Part shown: piece by piece, positions 47,301 through 50,423 of the stretch | Numbering within the stretch: the stretch's first letter is position 1 | Layout of the letters: every line of letters begins with the position of its first letter | IMG/VR virus record: IMGVR_UViG_3300035676_000592 | Span: 1 to 50,423 of that record | DNA from: a virus | Taxonomy: Duplodnaviria > Caudoviricetes | Reading direction: 5' to 3' (one strand) | Length of the DNA: 50,423 nucleotides | Notes under the pieces: generated by a model | What the model was told of the DNA's origin: nothing | Database searches by the model: none | What the model saw: only the letters and a program-made list of their open reading frames with translations | Made by a program: the position numbers and the translations under genes

Positions 47301-48412
47301 ATACAAATAATATATTCCTATTACAACCAATTTTATGTGGTAATTTAACCGTCACTGTTGTGAAAATAGAGTCAGGTTTAATTGTATCTATTGATACTTG
47401 TGTTGCACCATCACCGAGTCCAACACCAACTATTACACCAACTAAAACACCTACAAACACTCCAACACCAACTTGTTCAAGACCTTCAGGATTATCACAA
47501 GGTTACTTAACTTATGGATTCACAACTCAGGCATCAAGTAGTTGTGGACTTAACGCCTATTTTATATTTAATTCAACATCTCAATCTCAAGTTTGTTCAT
47601 TGTGGAACACCTTTGTTGACTGTGTTTGTCCGTTATCATTTACTCCCACAACTATGTCAACAAAACAAATAGAATTTAGTACAATTTCGGTTGGTCAAAG
47701 AATATATGAAACTTTTGGGAGTACTAGTTGTCAAGGACCTTTTGATGGTTATTATTTCTTTACTAGTACAAACAATTTTCAGAATGAACTTTGTACAAGT
47801 AATCCATCCAAACAAGTCACATGTGTTAAAATTTTATCAGGAGTCATAACCGAAGTATTTACTTGTATTTATGTTCCTACTCCAACACCTACCGCAACTC
47901 AAACACCAACAAAGACTCCAACAGTTACTCCGACAAGAACAATTACACCAACAGTTACTCCAACAAGAACAAGTACTCCAACAGTTACTCCGACCAAAAC
48001 TGTTACACCTACTTTTACTCCAACTAATACGATAACACCTACCAATTTAACGTCTGCCAGATTCATTGTCAATTTCAACCCTAATACTGTAGGTTTCGGT
48101 CCGTGTACATTCCAAAATTACGATTTATATGAGTTAACAAGTCAAGAGTCTTGCGATCTTTGGCAAATCTATTATAGTTGTGAATGTGTTCAATCATCAA
48201 ATGCTTCGGTTGGTTGGATAAATGTTCAATACAATTCTTTAACTGTCGGACAAAGAGTTTACGATATTTTTGACGGTAGTTTTTGGTATGTACCATTTGT
48301 TCCTGTAGGTGATATTGTAGATTATTTATGTGGTAACGGAGGTCAAGTAACAATTGTTACAGTTGAGTCGGATTACATAACAAATATTGTAACATGTAAC
48401 TATACTGGATAA
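44387..48412 (+). CDS. Large virion protein: LamG/ConA-like region plus Cys-rich repeats joined by Thr/Pro linkers
   Basis: WVQI...LKFYVNG...IGGG...GDISKFHMYIEPLNASQI (LamG-like); five TP tracts; CxRPSGLSQGYL occurs twice. Confidence 0.75.
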   Translation: MAYQNINQYNFRKFGLLPVREITDISLASDERDFDQEVVFSPLLIGEYDGNRMPLKFDFNSTGTTLSQTGSTFDYDTIVSENYWNPTDIDPNYCPIVTSLCDVGLTGIDNGLVKKMSGETIEVSTGLYTSQSDKFNRYKYDRRMKLHPITGFTTTENRLLNDNSYTYDLSYQTQNNDIGYYVKFNGGFYQGFYKLAGYDYEVLPERPNLGWTAEFLLRYRWTGDTSVGLNYRYPNNKGTFFFLGARAENKFYHYADGHPLHDSGYTRVTSGLTCMHTCGCASSAATASTCLEVYQISGGTSNSCGCSCNCSCPVEAFYPEKDPYYDGISNALSLRLSGDTGNPRLCVKTYRITGDCETTGTCTTGLTYTTGTSITEWCSSKGIFDLCDNTEYINLEHWVQIDAVFQRYTYLEECDLLDKGGTGLIVSTQYTATSANNSLSLVNPPLTHDEDYDPATTEVVKFSDVWIEEKNYRLGTLKFYVNGRLFMVVEDFEEIIPRLLNVEREKQIGVGYNISIGGGTQGLHDNLTFSGGCPEEISEIVYQQDPECLTTNDLDQTIYSGLTTNIKLEEVFGGSLIGDISKFHMYIEPLNASQIRHNFNIQKDKYDLLYWGCYDCTIGITPTPTPSFSPTPTRTPSNLECSFYTVEVFESDLQSSTGNTMYMNNSVYVSYNICDGMCSDGVFSFHEPQTYSNILCVCSGYSPNVVYFQNDIPKTGSSFAYSSYMSCITPTPTSSQSQTPTPTPTLTPSPVYYYYYLLDCNLSNNKIGRSSVPSLSGVYLVDVDKCYSIVGIDLGPIFDYDLDSSLSVFDCSDDICFNPSPTPTNSNTPTITPTQTSTLTPTMTETPSPTITPTVTTSPTQTSTLTPTMTVTPTCGRPSGLSQGYLISQINIQEGGTCPSENLDIKNAASLSEVCSSWDTYQICICQDIAGPVGFNSYDVEFSNIDVNEPVYYGFGSINCNLVPDGYYLFVNTNNIFLLQPILCGNLTVTVVKIESGLIVSIDTCVAPSPSPTPTITPTKTPTNTPTPTCSRPSGLSQGYLTYGFTTQASSSCGLNAYFIFNSTSQSQVCSLWNTFVDCVCPLSFTPTTMSTKQIEFSTISVGQRIYETFGSTSCQGPFDGYYFFTSTNNFQNELCTSNPSKQVTCVKILSGVITEVFTCIYVPTPTPTATQTPTKTPTVTPTRTITPTVTPTRTSTPTVTPTKTVTPTFTPTNTITPTNLTSARFIVNFNPNTVGFGPCTFQNYDLYELTSQESCDLWQIYYSCECVQSSNASVGWINVQYNSLTVGQRVYDIFDGSFWYVPFVPVGDIVDYLCGNGGQVTIVTVESDYITNIVTCNYTG

Positions 48413-48436
48413 AATTAAAATTAATTTAATATTATT

Positions 48437-50423
48437 ATGTATCAAAAGATTAAAATTACAAATATTGGATCTAAAAATGGATATTATAATTATACCGATA
48501 TTGATGGGTTATTTGTATCTCAAAAATTAATACAACCAAATACTACACAAAATATTTGGATAATTGCAGGTTCATTAAGTATTTCATCATCTTTTATACA
48601 ATATATAATAGAGGAAGAAGTAAGTTCATTTAACACATTAACTCAAAATTGTGATAACAATTATTGTTCACAAAATTGTTGTTCATATAGATTGGAGGCT
48701 AAAGATAATGGGTCATATAGTTACATTGATTGTAACGGTGTCTCAACAAACGGCATATTAGATATAAATAATTTTTTAACAATATGTGCGGGATTTTATG
48801 ATTCAATATATGCTCCAAAATGTGATATTATATCCCTTGGATGTTGCCCACAAAATCCACCTGTAACCCCAACTCCATCACCAACATCAAATCCAATACA
48901 ACCTAAGCCAAGTCCACCTGATTTACCGACATATTACTATACAGGATATTGTGGACAGATAATTAATCAATTTTGTACAGGCGAAGATACATTTCCTCTC
49001 AATCCGCCAGGATTTATTACCATTATAACAGTAGATTTAGGTGATTTTGTAGGTACGGTATATTGTAGATGTCTAGGTCATACAAAACCAGATATGTTTG
49101 AATTGGAGTGGAATGGTAATAAAAGTAATTCTGGATTTATATCAACCTGTTATAATTATACACCACCAAGATGTAATTCTTTTGGTTATAACCAAGAATT
49201 GAAAGCGCTAGGATATCCTGAGGTTAGTAACGTTACTCCCATATATATCCAAGTAGAAAAAACTTCTGAAACACCGTCAAAAGTACAAATAACGGTAACA
49301 TCTCCATTAGGGGCTAGTATTCCTTTATGGGAAATTAGAATAATGGCGAATTATAAGGATAAATTTTGGTCGGAATGTCCTGGTTACCCATCAACATTTC
49401 CGGTTTACAATTTTATAGGTAATTGTTCTCAATCTATAAGTTCTAAAAATTATCGTAACTTTATAACGAATACTGATTTTCCCGCGTATTTGGTTTTTAC
49501 ATATGATTTTGATGATTATGTTGGACCTCTCACATTTTTTTATTCTAACTGTGAAACAGGAATATATTATGAAATATTAGAAGATGATGAAATTTTAGAC
49601 TACGGTAGTGTAGGTGATTGTGTTGATAATTTTTATACTTGTCAACAATTAAATGCTTACTTTCTTTCAAATGGATTCGGGTTTTTAACTCAACCCGGAA
49701 CAGGTTCAATTACATTTAATAAAACTAAAACTTCTTCAAATATTGTTCTAAAAATTTGTGCTTTATTTCCAGGTTCTTTGTGGAGCGCTGGGATATCATG
49801 TGTTTTCACACCAGGACCTCCTCCTCCATCATGTGATGGAAAAACATTAGTAATGGTATTATGTAGTGATAATGATAATGCCCTTGAAGTTTACTTAAAT
49901 GGAATTTATTTAGGGAACTCTAATGTATTTTCTGCGGGTAATACAAAATTTTATATTGGTAATTTAAATACTAGTAACTTCTTTTTGGAAGATTTTGGAT
50001 TATGTGGATATCAAGAAAATCGTGGTTCTTACTTTAACCCAAATATTTTAAGAGGCGGTATTAATACTATCACTTTGAAGCCGACTGGTGATCCTGTGGA
50101 AAGCACAAGTTCTGGAATAATTCAAATTAGAGATTTTGAAGTTGATCCTGAATTTTCGTTCTATATTAATCCATGTACGGTTGCCGATTTAAATTTTTCC
50201 GGTTCTTCGGGAGATACACAAACTTTAACATTTACATTTAACAGTTGTTGTGTTACTCCAACTCCAACAAGAACATCAACACCAACTCCAACTCAAACTT
50301 CAACGCAGACTCCAACTCAAACTCAAACTCCAACTCAAACCGAAACACCTACACAGACTCCAACTTCAACTCAAACACCTACTCAAACCGAAACACCTAC
50401 ACAGACTCCAACCGAAACACCTA
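48437..50423 (+). CDS. 3'-truncated Cys-rich protein with Thr/Pro tracts (not in the ORF track)
   Basis: ATG at 48437 gives MYQKIKITNIG...CCPQNPPVTPTPSP...; the same frame reads CCVTPTPTRTSTPTPTQ...TETPT at the window end. Confidence 0.8.
   Translation, partial: MYQKIKITNIGSKNGYYNYTDIDGLFVSQKLIQPNTTQNIWIIAGSLSISSSFIQYIIEEEVSSFNTLTQNCDNNYCSQNCCSYRLEAKDNGSYSYIDCNGVSTNGILDINNFLTICAGFYDSIYAPKCDIISLGCCPQNPPVTPTPSPTSNPIQPKPSPPDLPTYYYTGYCGQIINQFCTGEDTFPLNPPGFITIITVDLGDFVGTVYCRCLGHTKPDMFELEWNGNKSNSGFISTCYNYTPPRCNSFGYNQELKALGYPEVSNVTPIYIQVEKTSETPSKVQITVTSPLGASIPLWEIRIMANYKDKFWSECPGYPSTFPVYNFIGNCSQSISSKNYRNFITNTDFPAYLVFTYDFDDYVGPLTFFYSNCETGIYYEILEDDEILDYGSVGDCVDNFYTCQQLNAYFLSNGFGFLTQPGTGSITFNKTKTSSNIVLKICALFPGSLWSAGISCVFTPGPPPPSCDGKTLVMVLCSDNDNALEVYLNGIYLGNSNVFSAGNTKFYIGNLNTSNFFLEDFGLCGYQENRGSYFNPNILRGGINTITLKPTGDPVESTSSGIIQIRDFEVDPEFSFYINPCTVADLNFSGSSGDTQTLTFTFNSCCVTPTPTRTSTPTPTQTSTQTPTQTQTPTQTETPTQTPTSTQTPTQTETPTQTPTETP

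Noticed and set aside
3776-48353. Numerous short antisense or nested ORFs (e.g. 3776, 9714, 10470, 13592, 24797, 42402)
   Set aside because: They overlap well-supported genes, carry no motifs and arise from codon bias or low complexity.
46800-50423. CRISPR-like or satellite repeats (acacca/actcca)
   Set aside because: These are in-frame Thr/Pro codons with no constant repeat-spacer structure and no cas genes.
1-50423. Stop-codon reassignment
   Set aside because: Core genes are full length and densely packed under the standard bacterial code.
1-50423. tRNA or rRNA genes
   Set aside because: Intergenic gaps are short and none shows a cloverleaf or T-loop signature by eye.

Overview
This window is a segment of a large, AT-rich tailed dsDNA phage with a T4-like head module, probably infecting a Bacteroidota host. 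Host clues are a Bacteroidota-type bS21 with KAxY54, a DUF4494-like gene and A-rich starts without Shine-Dalgarno sites. Left to right it holds: (i) adhesin-like genes (delta-60 propeller, BspA LRR) sharing a Pro/Thr linker and a C-terminal ~55-aa module that also occurs as a stand-alone gene; (ii) KTSC and nucleotidyltransferase genes; (iii) terminase, portal, prohead protease, scaffold and gp23-like major capsid protein (MCP), with an antisense bS21 gene and a free-standing HNH endonuclease; (iv) a minus-strand block with a baseplate spike-like gene, a sigma-like factor, PhoH, dUTPase, an exonuclease and a large glycosylation cluster (GDP-fucose synthesis, ~9 glycosyltransferases, 2 FkbM methyltransferases); (v) a stand-alone WYL gene and Cys-rich, Thr/Pro-linker virion proteins. 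The best candidates for new biology are a natural capsid-display system built on the shared C-terminal anchor, possible glycosylation of mucin-like virion linkers, a recoded patch at the MCP 3' end next to the HNH gene, and a TATTTAT late-promoter motif close to start codons. All family calls come from motif recognition by eye; no searches were run.
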